A stretch of DNA of 64,000 bases from positions 459,498-523,497 of the forward strand of contig NW_013657670.1 of the NCBI RefSeq assembly GCF_000142905.1, read 5' to 3'. Positions 42,405-54,326 of the stretch are shown piece by piece. The stretch comes from Thecamonas trahens ATCC 50062 (lineage: Eukaryota; Protista; Apusomonadida). Made by a program: the position numbers and the translations under genes. Below the pieces are notes generated by a model. The model did no database searches. It was not told where the DNA came from and saw nothing but the letters and a program-made list of their open reading frames with translations. Position 1 is the first letter of the stretch; every line of letters starts with the position of its first letter.

Positions 42405-44438
42405 TCAGCGGCCGGTGCGGACCTGGCCGGCGGGAGCGCCACCCTTGCGCCAGTCAGAGGCGCCGTAGAGGATGCCCTTGTCGATGTCGTTGTAGATGGC
42501 CTGGACAATGGCGATGTGGCCGTCAGGCCCGAGCTCGTCGAGCTCGTAGCCAATGGACTCGCGGAGGTAGGTGACGAGGCTCTGAGCAAAGCCGTACTCC
42601 ACCTGCAGCACATTCGGGTAGAGCTGGTCGTGGAAGCGTGGCGAGGCAACGGCTTCGCCAGCCTCCATGCCCCATGCAAACATCTTGAGGAGAGTGAGCA
42701 GGGTCGAGGTGGTGATCTTGGTCCCGCCCGACGCGCCGGCCACAGCGAGGACCTGGTCGTTGGCCGTCACGATGGTCGGCGTCGTCGACGACAGCGGCCG
42801 CTTGCCCGGCACGATGTAATTGGCCGGCGAGGGCTTGACGCCAAAGGCGTTGGTCACGTTGGGAACGGAAAAGTCGTCCATCTCGTTGTTGAGCACCACG
42901 CCAGTCACCGGATCCATGACCTTGGAGCCAAAGAAGAGGTTGACCGTCGACGTGAGCGCCACGGCGTTGCGCTCCGAGTCAACAACCGAAAAGTGGGTTG
43001 TGCCCGGTGTCGGCTCCATGTCAAACGCAGCGCCGTAGTACGAGGCGTTAAAGGTGGCGTCGGGCACGATCCGGGTCCGCACCCATGCTGCGTAGTCTTT
43101 GGACGTCAGGTCTGCCATGACTTGCTCGATGTCGGTGCAGCATGGGTCGCCGAGGTGGGTCCGCAGCGCAAAAGCAAACTTCATGGCCTCCACCACCTTG
43201 TGCACCACGTCGTGCGTCATCGCCCCGATCTTGGGCAGGTTGTACTCCTCGAGCACGTTGAGCATAAAGTTGAGGATCGCGCCCGAGCTCGGCGGCGGCG
43301 CCGAGAGCACCTTCATGCCCAGAAAGTAGGTTGAGACTGGCTCGCGGATGACTGCCGTGTAGTTGGCCAGATCGCCGAGCTCCATGATGCCGCCGCTGCC
43401 CTGGATGGCATCGATGAGCGCGTGTGCAATGGCGCCGGTGTAGAATGCGTTGGCACCACCGGCCGCCACAGCCTCGAGCGTCGCCGCCAGCTTTGGTCTC
43501 CGAATCGTCTGTCCGGCTTTGACCAGCTGGCCGTCGATCATGTACACGGCGGCAAACGCCGGCGACGCCTTAATGTACTCTTGGGTGTACTCGACAATCT
43601 TGGCGAGCTCGTCGGTGACCTCAAAGCCATCGTTGCAGAGCGCGACGACCGGCTCGATGAGCCGCGCCCACGGCAGCCGCCCGTGCCGCTGCCACATCAG
43701 CTCCAGCCCGCGCAGCTCGCCTGGTACCGCCACGGCGAGCCCGCCGACCTGCGCCTTTTCCGCCGACGAGTCAAACATGTCGCGGAAGGCCTTGGCAGGC
43801 GCGGTCTCGCGAAAGTCAAAGACCTCGGCGCTTCCGTTGGCGGTACGGACCGTGGCAAAGCCGCCGCCGCCAATGCCCGAGGCAAAGGCGTTGATGGCGC
43901 CGAGGCAGAGCGCGGTCGTCACCGCGGCGTCGGCCGCGCTCCCGCCATCGTCGAGCACAGCCGCGCCCATCTGCGAGCACGTTGGCTGATCCGCCGCCAC
44001 CATGCCCAACTTGCTCTCCGCCTGGCGAATGCGCGACGATGCCGGACTCGCGCCACCCGCTGCCGCCGCCGCGTCATGGGCTGAGACGACAGCAATGACG
44101 GTGACAAGCGAGACAGTCAGCAGCAGACCAAGGCTGACCACCGCCACTCGCATCCTTGAAAACCGCATGCCACACAGGACACACACCGGTGGACGATATT
44201 GCGACTCGATCTTGCGCCGCCGTCCTCCCACCGCCATCTCATCCATCCGTCCGCCAATACCACGACCAGCAGAACGAGAGCCAGCAGAACGAGTGCCAGC
44301 AGAGCCACCGCCACCGCCACCGCCACCGCCACCGCTGCCTCCTACAACTCCTCCTCCTCCTCCTCCGGGAAGGAGAGTCAGGTCGTCACCTCCACCGAGT
44401 CCCACACCGGATGACCCGTATGATGATGATGCTGCCAT
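42405..44438 (-). CDS. GGT: Gamma-glutamyltranspeptidase (type II membrane)
   Basis: GMVAAD..CS..G..VL..GG.A.DAA, SGIGGGGF, DFRETAP, AVPGELRG, catalytic GTTHFSVVD, LNNEMDDF, GKRPLSS and GASGG.KI. N-terminal TM anchor. Confidence 0.95.
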   Translation of the reverse strand: MAASSSYGSSGVGLGGGDDLTLLPGGGGGGVVGGSGGGGGGGGGGSAGTRSAGSRSAGRGIGGRMDEMAVGGRRRKIESQYRPPVCVLCGMRFSRMRVAVVSLGLLLTVSLVTVIAVVSAHDAAAAAGGASPASSRIRQAESKLGMVAADQPTCSQMGAAVLDDGGSAADAAVTTALCLGAINAFASGIGGGGFATVRTANGSAEVFDFRETAPAKAFRDMFDSSAEKAQVGGLAVAVPGELRGLELMWQRHGRLPWARLIEPVVALCNDGFEVTDELAKIVEYTQEYIKASPAFAAVYMIDGQLVKAGQTIRRPKLAATLEAVAAGGANAFYTGAIAHALIDAIQGSGGIMELGDLANYTAVIREPVSTYFLGMKVLSAPPPSSGAILNFMLNVLEEYNLPKIGAMTHDVVHKVVEAMKFAFALRTHLGDPCCTDIEQVMADLTSKDYAAWVRTRIVPDATFNASYYGAAFDMEPTPGTTHFSVVDSERNAVALTSTVNLFFGSKVMDPVTGVVLNNEMDDFSVPNVTNAFGVKPSPANYIVPGKRPLSSTTPTIVTANDQVLAVAGASGGTKITTSTLLTLLKMFAWGMEAGEAVASPRFHDQLYPNVLQVEYGFAQSLVTYLRESIGYELDELGPDGHIAIVQAIYNDIDKGILYGASDWRKGGAPAGQVRTGR

Positions 44439-44515
44439 GGTCGCAGGTGGAGTGTGTCGGGAGCGGGAGGGGGGTGACCGTGGACCTGGCTGCTCGTGAC
44501 CTGTCTGCCTTGCCT

Positions 44516-44553
44516 TGGTTGGTTGGTTGGTTGGTTGGTTGGTTGGTTGGTTG
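44516..44553. repeat. (TTGG)n microsatellite
   Basis: About 9 copies read directly. Confidence 0.9.
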
Positions 44554-44584
44554 CCTTCGGTGTGTCATTTGGCTCGGTGGCGTC

Positions 44585-44684
44585 ATCAGGCATGCCATCA
44601 GCAGGCATGCCATCAGCAGGCATGCCATCAGCAGGCATGCTGTCGGCAGGCATGCTGTCGGCAGGCATGCCGTCGGCAAGCATG
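44585..44684. repeat. 15-bp tandem repeat containing the palindrome GCATGC
   Basis: gcaggcatgcYRtcR is repeated about 6.5 times upstream of GGT. Confidence 0.88.
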
Positions 44685-45017
44685 CGATGGGGCACAATGA
44701 GAGGGATTGGCTGGTATGGGGGGTATGGACGGTTGGGTGAAATGATGTGGATAGCATGTGGTGGTTCTGGAGTTTGACTCCCTGATGATGGTGGATGTCG
44801 GCGGCGGGTGACGGGGCAGGCGCAGGCTGAGGGTTTCGGCTAAAAGGCAGCAGGCTGGTAGCGGTGGCTGATGATGGTGGTAGGCTTGATCATCACTCCG
44901 CACTTGCTCATCCATACGACATTCTGTAGAACTCCATCTCCTGTTCGTCTCCACTGACGGCCATCTGTTGTACTCCTTCCCTTTCTGTACCCCCTTACCG
45001 AAACAAAAAACAACAGA

Positions 45018-46145
45018 TCACACATTCGTATACTCTTCCTGACGCAGCCACCTAGCGACGTCGTCGGAGAGCGCTCGCGCCTCCCACGCGAGAACAGCCT
45101 CGTCGTGGGCAAGCTCATTGACGCTTGACCGCACCACTGGATCCTTGACGAGGCACAATGCCGTAAAGTGCTCGATCTCGGAGCTCCACGCTCCGGCCGA
45201 GTGCAGCATCGGCGGCGGCTCGCTGACGATGGCGTGGAGGACAAGGGCCATGGGCGCGCCGTCAGCGTACGGATGGCACCCGTTGGCCATCTCCACCACC
45301 ATGACCCCAAGCGACCACACGTCGGCGTTGGCCGAGTAGCTCGCGCCCTCGATCCGCTCAGGCGCAAGGTAGTGGCCCGAGCCGGTCGGCGAAAGCTGCG
45401 CCTCGCCCTCGATCACCGTCGCGATGCCGAGGTCGCAGAGCTTGACCTGCCCATTGGCGCCGACAAGCACGTTGTCCGGCTTGATGTCGCGGTGCATGAC
45501 GCCGCCGGCGAGCCATAAATCGCGCATCCCGAGCGCCACGCTCATAGCCACGTGCTCGATCACCACCTGCGATAGCTTGCCGCACCTCTGCGCCATGATC
45601 TGCCGCACCGAGCCACCCGCCATGTGCTCCATCACCAGGCACACATGCCAGTCGTCGAGATATGCGCCGAACAACTCGACCACATACGGCGAGGCCACAT
45701 CCCGCAGCGCCTCCACCTCCATCACCAACTGATCCATTGCTCCCTTAAACGCCCGATGCCGCGGGACCTTCTTGATGGCCACCTCCTCGTCACCTATCCG
45801 CCTCCGCGCAAGCATCACGCTGCCAAATGCGCCGTGTCCGATCTGCTGCACGCTCGACCACTCGTTGCTATCCACGGCCACGCTCTATTGTCCGCAGACA
45901 TCAGCACCATGACCGTGACCACAGCCATCATCACCATCGCCATGCCCATGTCCATGCCCACGCCCATTACCATCACTGTGAGTGACCCCCCCCTCCCCCT
46001 TTCCCCTCCGCGCCGAACAAATCCCGAGTCCGCTTACTCTCACGGCTTCGATGAGCTTCGTCGACACAGTGGCGACTGTGGCGACAGGCTGATGGAGCTC
46101 CAGGTGGAGACTTGGCGGACGTCGCCGACGACGGGACGGCAGCAT
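45018..46145 (-). CDS. MAP kinase kinase (STE7/MEK-like); exons 46145-46038 and 45884-45018
   Basis: N-terminal docking motif RRRRRPPSLHL and a GTAAGC(46037)..AG(45885) intron. Kinase motifs IGHGAFGSV, AIK, VMEHMAGGS, HRDIKPDN, VKLCDLG, YLAPERI.G..YS..ADVWSLG and G.HPY. Confidence 0.88.
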
Positions 46146-46402
46146 AGATCGAGGGTTGCACAGCTGTCGGGGAGTTGTGCCGAGGTGTAGCTCCCTCCCG
46201 AGACAGGTATGGCCGTGCCCTGTCTGGATACCGTACGCTGTGTCGCATTGTCGCAATCGTCCGTGTCGCACTATCTTGCAGGCACACTATCGCCACTGCC
46301 TTGGTTTTTCAGCCTCCAGCCTCCAGCCCCCTCTGCCCACCGCCGCACTCCCCTCCTCCTCCCAGCAAAAATCTCCATGTACTTCCCTTCCTCCCTGCAC
46401 AT

Positions 46403-47213
46403 CTATCCACTGGCGCTGGCGCCGTTGCCGCTCATCATCGCCTCGAGGCACTGGGGCGAGCCTGGCTCTTCTGACCCACTGCCAACCGAGCCAGCCGAGC
46501 CAAGCTCGGCGGAAGTCGGCTGCGGCTCGACGAGTTGTGCCGGCGACGAGGCCCGCTCGGGAGCGAATTCCGGCACAGACTCTGGCGCGGGCTCGGACTG
46601 AGGTCCGGGCTGGGGCTGAGGTCCAGGCTCGTCGTCAAGTTCGACGATGCCGGCTTCGCGATCGACGCGCGCCTTGAACTGGCGAAAACGCGCAAAGCGG
46701 GCGTCAAATGATTGCATCTTGGCCACGGCCTCCATGCGGACGTCGTCGACTCGCACCTCGGCGGCTGCGAGCGCCTCCTTGAGCGATGCCACCGTGTTGC
46801 GCAGCTCGTCGATGACCATCGCACCCTGCTGCTTGTCGAGCTTGAGGCTCTGGACGTGAACCGCGGCCTGCTTGCTCGCCAGCGCCGCCTCGGCGTCAGC
46901 CCGCTGCAGCCCGCTCACCTGGGCCCGCAACGTCTGCACCTTGCTCTGCAGCGCCTCGTTTTCCTTGTTGGCTGCTGCAAGCTCCGCTGCCGTCTTTTCC
47001 TGCACCACCTTGAGCTGCATCGCGATACTCTCAGCCGCAAATGAGTTTGTGCAGTGCGACCATGCCCTTTTTTTGGCTTGACGGCTTTTTCCTGAACCAC
47101 GACCTACTTTGGCCTGCTCCCCCCCTCCCCCCACCCCTCAACTGCCATACCTGGATGATCGTGTCCATCAGCGGCGAAGCCTGCGCCGAACCGCCTGCTC
47201 CGCTGCTGATCAT
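46403..47213 (-). CDS. Hypothetical coiled-coil protein; probable exons 47213-47151 and 47029-46403
   Basis: Heptad-rich ORF. A GTATG donor at 47150 and AG acceptor at 47030 join in phase 0. No family recognised. Confidence 0.55.
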
Positions 47214-47527
47214 GTGGCCGTGAGCGCGCGCGTGAGTGGCGACGGCTCCACCGCCGTACTCGTCGCCCGCCTTCCGGGAACAAGGGCGTGAGCAAGATCA
47301 TGATCTACCTGCCCGCTCCCCCGTCTCGTCCAACTCGCCGCTCATCATGGTCGCGGCCAATGTTGCGGCCGCGATCATGGTCATGGTAGGCAAAGCGGGT
47401 AGACTGCGAGTTCATGTTCCAAAAAGCGCACCAACGCGGGAGAGGTGGGCTACCAGCTCCAGCTAACCATGCCGCTAACCGAGTGTCATTGTGATTGGCC
47501 AGAGGCGGCAAACGCAGCAGGGCTATG

Positions 47528-50500
47528 CTAGCTCGAGGCCGAGGCAGCGGAAGCTGCAGCGGCAGCCTTCTTTGCGCGTAGCTGCACAACCTCCAGCCGC
47601 CGCTCGCGCGGGTAGGACTTGTAGTCGAGAATGTAGCGCTGGATGAAGGGGACAGACACAAAGCGCCAGACCGAGTCGCGGAAGCGGTCAAAGACCACCA
47701 GAGCCGAGTGAATGGCGAGGTACTTGCCAAAGGCAATGAGCCCGGTCGGCGTGACTGAGGCCACCGCCTGCTGCGACTTGATGGCGAGAAAGATGGCGCC
47801 CATGTACGGGACGCCCGGCGGCGAGGTGGCCTCGACCTCGGCCACCACCGCGGCGTACTTGTCGGCGCCACCAGCAAAGGCCTTGAGCTTCTCGGCGGCC
47901 TCGGAGGCACCTACAGGGAGATTGGCCCACAGCTGCGGGGTGACCGACGGACACATCAGTCCGCGCATGACCGCCACCAGGGAGTCGTAGTTGTGGAGCT
48001 CCCAGAGCGCAACCGCCACCGATATCATGTACTCGAGCGTGGCCACCCGTGCTTGGAGCGTGAGCCCGCGCACAACCTCGGTCGCCACCATGTTGGTCAC
48101 TCGCGAGAACGACTGCAGTGCCGCAGATATGTTGTGCGTCGCCAGCCGCGAACCGGCAATGCCCAGCGACGAGAGCTCGTCGGCCGAGATGGCGTCGAGG
48201 TGTGCAGATGCCGCAATGGTCAGCTGACGGGCGAGCTCCATAGGCTGGATCATCGACATCCGGAGCTTGACGTCTGGCTGTGCCGCGAGTACCACCTCGC
48301 CGTTTGACCGCGCCCAGTTGACGTCGCCCGCGAGCAGCACGTCGCCTGACGACACCGTCGACGCCGCACGCCGCCGCCGCGTCTTGGCCCGCTTCTTCCG
48401 GACCCGCTTCAGCTGTTCGGCGCCGGCTGAAAACACCGGCGCAATGTGGTTGTCGGTAAATGCTTCGAGCGCAGCCTCCGATCCGTCGTCGGGAATAAAG
48501 TCTTCAAACCGCTCCTTCTTCCACGAGTTGACAAAGATGAAAATCCGCTGCCGCGTCGGCCGCAGCACCTTGGCTCGCCACACTTCGGCGAGGCTTTCGT
48601 CCTCCGCCAGCGCTTCGGGCACCGGCCAGTTGAACAGCTCTTCCAGAATTCGAATGATCTCCACAGGCGTGGTAAACTGCTTGTATGTCGCCAGAAAGGC
48701 GTCCAGAACCTCGGCGTCTGGCCGCGCCTTGGCAAACGACGTCAACTCGCGAAGGAGCTGGTGGAGTGACGCTGCCACAATCCGAGGCCCGCCGTCTCTC
48801 AACGGCATGCTGACGTCGACCACAAAGTTCTCCGCCGTCGGCGGCCGGCCCACAATGTACGCCACCACGTTGTCGAGCCCGACGCCGCTGCAGCTTGAAG
48901 CGCGGCTCGTTCTCGACTCGGCTTCACCCGACTCTCCCCGACCGGCTCCTTGTCTTTGGCCGAGCCCGACCGCGCTCGTGTCGACGTCGCCACAAAGTAC
49001 ATGAGATCGTCATCATCGCCGTTGTTTTCGGCATCGTCGTCGTTGGCCTCGCTCTCGGCTTCGTCGGCCTTGGCCTGCGCGCGCGACTTTTTGAGCCGGT
49101 CCACAAATCGCATCACACCTGAGTTTTTGGACGCCGCCAACGCCTCCGAGTCCTTGCGTGCGCGGTAGTCCTTGAGCACGGTCCGCGGCTCCAGCTCGAG
49201 CGAGCGCTGGTACAGCGCGTTCTCATCGTACGCCACCTTGGGCTCGCGGGTGAGCCAGTCCTGAATGGCAGGAATCGTGATGAGAGTGTACGGTGACTTT
49301 TGGTACTTGATGATGTCTGCCACGACCGAGGCCAGCATCCGCCGCTTCTCGTAGTTGACGAGTGCAGCGTCGCCAACTGTGTCCGCGTTGCCGTCCTCGA
49401 TAAAGGTCAGGTCGGTGAGGAACATGCCGAGGTACGGCACCGCCGGCGGTGTGCACGTCGCCAGGGCCATCCGCGGCGCCTTCATGTTCTTGTCGCGCGA
49501 CATGAGCTCCTTGAGCTCGGCAAATGTCGCCAGCTTGCGCTCCGCCACACGGTCCCATGTCATCTGCAGCCGGTAGACCTCGGAAAACTGCAGGCCGGCG
49601 AGAATCTCCATCACACCGTTGAAGTTGTTCAGCTGCCGACACGCTGCGGCGACATCGATAAAGTGCGCCAGCTCCGACGCCCGGTCCTCGATTGAGTCGC
49701 GCGCCATGATGGTCGATGCCACAAACTGCGAAATGATGTTGAACTGGTTGATGAGCCGCTTCACGTTCGGCGCCACGCTCGCATCCTTCTTCTTGGTCCA
49801 CATCTGCCCGAGGCACTCGGCGCGCACGTCAATTGCCGCAAGCAGCCGGTGCTCCAGCAGCGTCAGCTGCCGGGCGAGCTCCATTGCCGGAATAAACGTG
49901 AGATGAAAGTTGTCCGACAAGTTCGAGGCATCAATGAGCGGCTCCGGCGCCGAGTTCCGCAGCCGCACCTTTTCTTGCATGACCTTGAACATGTGCTGGA
50001 CCACAACGTCGTCGCCGGCGAGCTCGGCTGCATCGCGCTCAGCGCTGCTCATCTCCTCGATGTGAAGCTTGTTCGCCAGCTCGGTCTCCTTCTTCTCAAC
50101 TAGGCCCACAATCTGCTCGCCAAGCGTCACGACGCCTTGGCCTGGCAAAATGCGAGCGCCGATGTCGCGGACCGCCGCCAGCAGCGGCTCGTTCTGCGCA
50201 AACACCCGCTCAAACTCGAGATTGATCCAGTACCGGAGCACGTGCGCCGTCCGCGTCACAACCGGTGAGAACTGCGGGAGTCGCGGGTCCTCCACACGCA
50301 GCGCAAGCAGCCGCGCCATTGCCCGCGGCGTCACAAACGACCGGTAGACCAGGAAGAGCTCGCGGTACTCGATGCCGCGAGCTTCGGCGTCGCTGCTTGT
50401 CATTTCACGGACAAGCGTGTACGCCGTCGCCGCCTTGATCACAGGCTCAGCCGGCGGCTCGGCCACCACCACCGTGGCATTGCTTCCATACTCAGGGTCA

Positions 50501-51402
50501 AACACGCTCGAGCCGTGACTGCCAGGAGGGAGCGTCGCAAGCTCGGCTTCGAGCGCCGCCAGCGTCAGCACCGTCGGCTGCTTCACCCGAGGCGACGGCG
50601 CACGCTCGCGGACCCGCTCCGCAGACTCGTTTGCCTCGTTGATGCTTGCCTGGGCTGCCTTGCTGCTTGCCACAGCCGGAGGCGGTGTCGGCAGCTCGCG
50701 CCGTGGCGACGCCACTCCCGACGACGCCACGTCAAGCGTCGAGTCAGAGGTGGCACGTGGCATGGTTAGAATGCCAAGAGCAGGCGAGTCAGGACCGCTC
50801 TGCCCGTCACTGCCATCGCGGCCGCCCGAAGACCCAATGTCGTCTGACGACTGTCCAGCAAGCGCGGAAGCGGCTGTCGGCGATGACATGGCGACCGAGA
50901 CCGCACGCGTCGGCCGGCGACGCGGCCGCCGACGCGGTGGTGGCGGCGGCGAGCCCTCCGACGTCGACGGCGAGTCCAGCGCTGTCACCAGCCGCGGCTC
51001 GGGCGAGCCGCTCGGCGGTGATGAGAGTTGGGCCCGAAGCGACGCAATCTCCGGCGACGACGAGATCATCATCGACTGGATCCGCCGCCCACGCGACCTT
51101 GACGGCAGAGGCGGCGGTGCACTGCCGCCCGGACTGGCTGCATCCGTCTTGCCCTCTCCAGGCACCGCTGGCAGAGCCCGCGACGTTGTTGCCGACACCG
51201 ACCTTGGTCTTGTTGGCCGTTTAGGTGGAGCCGGCGGGAGCAGCGCGGCCCCACCGTCTCCGCCCGAGCTCATTGAAGCTAGTGACGATGATTGTGGCGA
51301 GCTTGTGGGCAGCGTCGACGTTGTCGTGGAAGAGACTTGGTCACTCGAGCTGAGCACGACCGAGGCCGGGCGAGTAGCCGGTCGCGAAGGCGGGACCGAC
51401 AT
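47528..51402 (-). CDS. Double RasGEF protein (Pro/Ser-rich N-terminus, REM-CDC25-REM-CDC25); frameshift ~48937
   Basis: Module 1: IKAAT..LV, ELARQLTLLE, NNFNGVMEILAGL, AVPYLGMFLTDLTFIEDGN. Module 2: IVAASLHQLL..FLATYKQFTTP, MELARQLT, HNYDSL.AV..GL, GVPYMG. Confidence 0.88.
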
Positions 51403-51688
51403 GCGGGAGGGGAGGAGGAGGAGGATGAATGGAGGAGAAGGCGGTGCAGCAGCAACAGTAGCAGCAGTGTGTGTTGCTCGAGCCTGTTATCACCTCCACA
51501 GCAAGGCCACGCACACACGTGCTCTTGCAGAAAGCGGGAGGGTAAACGGGTGGGGAGCACGGCGGTGGAGTCGTGCGGAAGTCGGCTAGCAGGGGGGGGG
51601 GTGACAAGCTGCCGAGCCAGAGTGTGGCGGAGATGGTGGTGCGGGGTGTGGGGTTTGGGGTGTGGTAGGGGGGGGGGGATGTATGCAC

Positions 51689-51696
51689 GTGTGTGT

Positions 51697-51765
<69 letters not shown>
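51689..51765. repeat. (GT)n microsatellite
   Basis: About 38 dinucleotide units with one interruption. Confidence 0.95.
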
Positions 51766-51766
<1 letters not shown>

Positions 51767-51898
51767 CACAGCCGTCTGCTACCAACAGCAGTGTCTTGTT
51801 CCTCCTTCTGAGCAAGTGGTGGTGAGGTGTGGAACGGTCGTTCGGACGCGTTGTCGCGCGTCTCAAAGTGAACAACTCGATGGTGTTTGACTTCCAGG

Positions 51899-52273
51899 TC
51901 ACCGGCCGACGCTGCGCGACGCCTGCTTGGCCTGAGGCTTGAGGTGGGAGGCGCGCCCACACGTGATGGCCGACACGTAGACGCCCGCCTGAAGGATGCC
52001 CGAGTTGCCGTCGCGGTGACGGACGCCTGGGAGCATGAGCGAGGCGCGCGAGGTGCCGTACAGCGACGATCCGGAGGTGCGGTGGGCGCGGACGGTGTGG
52101 AGCTTGTTGTTGACGACCGCGACGACTGGGAAGGAGAGCATGACAGAGTTGAACACGGCGGCCAAACGGGAGAGCGCGAGGACGTCTTGCGACGGACGAG
52201 CTTGCCGGTCGGCGTGGCCGCGCAAGTGGTGGCACGCCATCTTGTACTGGATTCTGGACGGCGCGCTCATCAA
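51899..52273 (-). CDS. Possible small hypothetical protein or degenerate gene fragment
   Basis: 124-aa ORF with strong third-position G/C bias and no recognisable motif. Confidence 0.25.
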   Translation of the reverse strand: MMSAPSRIQYKMACHHLRGHADRQARPSQDVLALSRLAAVFNSVMLSFPVVAVVNNKLHTVRAHRTSGSSLYGTSRASLMLPGVRHRDGNSGILQAGVYVSAITCGRASHLKPQAKQASRSVGR

Positions 52274-52814
52274 CGCACACGCGCTCTACGCTCTAATGTC
52301 CATTTCGTACCGTAAAGGGGTAAGTGGGTGAGGAGCGATTCGTCGCTACGGCGGTGGCCAAACTCCACATCCCCATGTGGCGGAGACGATTGGCAAACGC
52401 CGGGACGCAGGAAAAGCACGGCAGAGGAAAACAAATCGTTGTCTGGCTAGACGTGCCCACTGCCCCGATGCGGTGACGAGAATCACGCCCCAGCCCCAGC
52501 GCTGTAGACGCCCCTTCCGATCATCAGGCAGTACGGGATGTGGGGCATTGTGGATAACATGGCAGCCATGGCAAGCCACAACGTGGTCTTTCGCCCCCAT
52601 CCGCAGCGCAACCACTCATCACCTCAGCCGTATTGCGTACATCCGCACGCGAGAGACCTTGGCTAGCCATCCGCCTCGATTTCTCCCAGCTGCGGCAAGC
52701 GGAGCGAGCCAGGCGGAGCCGAGACCAACCTACCGCTACTCCACTCCCGCCACTCTGCACCGCAGCATGTACCCACGTGCGTACTGCGCCCGTGAGCGGG
52801 CAAAGACGTCGACC

Positions 52815-54298
52815 ATGGATGTGGACTTGCGGCAGTGGGCAGCAAACAACAAGGTGGACGAGGCCAAGGTCTTCCCTCTGTTTGACTCGGCTGAGGCGGC
52901 CGAGGCTGCCGCTTTGGAGAGTCTCAAGTCGTCATCGAATGCCCTGTCGGATGGAAGCATGGTATGTGATCAAGAGATGGAAGAGGCTGATGTGGTAGAA
53001 GCCCGGATGGCGGCGTACTTTGAGCTCAAAGCTGCAGTAGCAGCTGCGCCAGCTCGCTCGCCGACGGGCTTGCTGCTGCCGATGCCAGGCCCGCGGATGC
53101 TGCTTCGTTTTCTTCGAGCGCGCAAGTTTGATGTCGACAAGGCGCTGGAGATGCTGGAGGAGGCTCGAGAGTGGCGGGCGGCGGAAGAGGCTCAGGTCAT
53201 GCTCGACTTTGAGGATCCAAACGACGACGTGTACGACGAGATTACGCCGGCCATGTATCACGGCTTTGATCGGAGCGGGAACCCGTGCTACTGGGAGCGG
53301 ACCGGCCACATCCGTATCCGCAAGGTCTTGCACGTTCTCTCGGACAAACAGCTCATTGCCCGGCATATTCGCCATCAGGAGAAGCAGCGCATCCGCATGA
53401 TGGGCTTCCGCGACGAGTTCCACTGGCGTGAGTTCCTCCGCGACGTTGCCACCGGCGCCCCGCTCGACGGCTACCCACCACACGTCGACAGCGCCGGCTT
53501 TGAGCCGCTCATCGAGAAGCAAACCATCGTCATGGACATGGCGGGGCTCTCCATGCGGCCTGACAAGCGCGGGCTCGACATCTTCCGCGAGACGCTCCGC
53601 ATCGACGCCAACTACTACCCGAGACGCTTGGTCACTTTTTCCTCATCAACGCCCCGTTCACATTTCGCGCGCTCTGGGCTACCATCAAGTACTGGATTGA
53701 TGCCAACACCAGGCTCAAGTTCCACATCCTCGGCTCCAACTACATCGACGAGCTCGCCAAGTTTATTGCGCCCGAGAACATCCCGCGCGAGTACGGCGGC
53801 CTCTGTGACTGCTACGGCCCATCGGACCGAGCCTCCGACCCGCACTGCTTTCCGCCGGTCTCGGTTTGGACCGAGCCCGACCGGTTTGACATCGGACCAG
53901 CCGCCGAGGGCTGGTCCCCCTCGTTCCCGCACGGCCGCTCCACCTCGCTCATCGATGAGCGGGCCCGTCTCCGCCGGCCGCCGGCAGCTCTCGGCCTCGC
54001 TCCTGCCGTGCCGCCGGCTGCATCGCTGTCAGCCTCGGAAGTCGAGCTCGGCCATGCAGACACGGCCAGCTCGTCAGGCGCGGGCAAGAAGCAGCGCAAG
54101 CGACGGCACAAGAAGCGCCATAAGGCCGGCAAACGCAAGACTACAGGCCGTGCACGCTCATCACGGACCGCCACCCGCCGCCGATCGCGGACCCGCGCCC
54201 TTTCTCCCAAGCCGCGCAATGCATCGCAGTCGTCGTCGTGGTTCTCGTCGGACGACGATGCGGTCACCGTCTACTTTGACGCCGTCTCCAGCCTGTAG
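52815..54298 (+). CDS. SEC14/CRAL-TRIO lipid-binding protein with basic C-terminal tail (frameshift ~53619)
   Basis: LLRFLRARKFDVDKA..M....WR, YHGFDR.G.P and IVMDMAGL. Adding one C gives NYYPETLGHFFLINAP..F..LW..IK.WID..T..K..ILG...IP.EYGG.C.C. Confidence 0.88.
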
Positions 54299-54326
54299 CC
54301 ACGCAACGCTCAGCATTACATTCACT

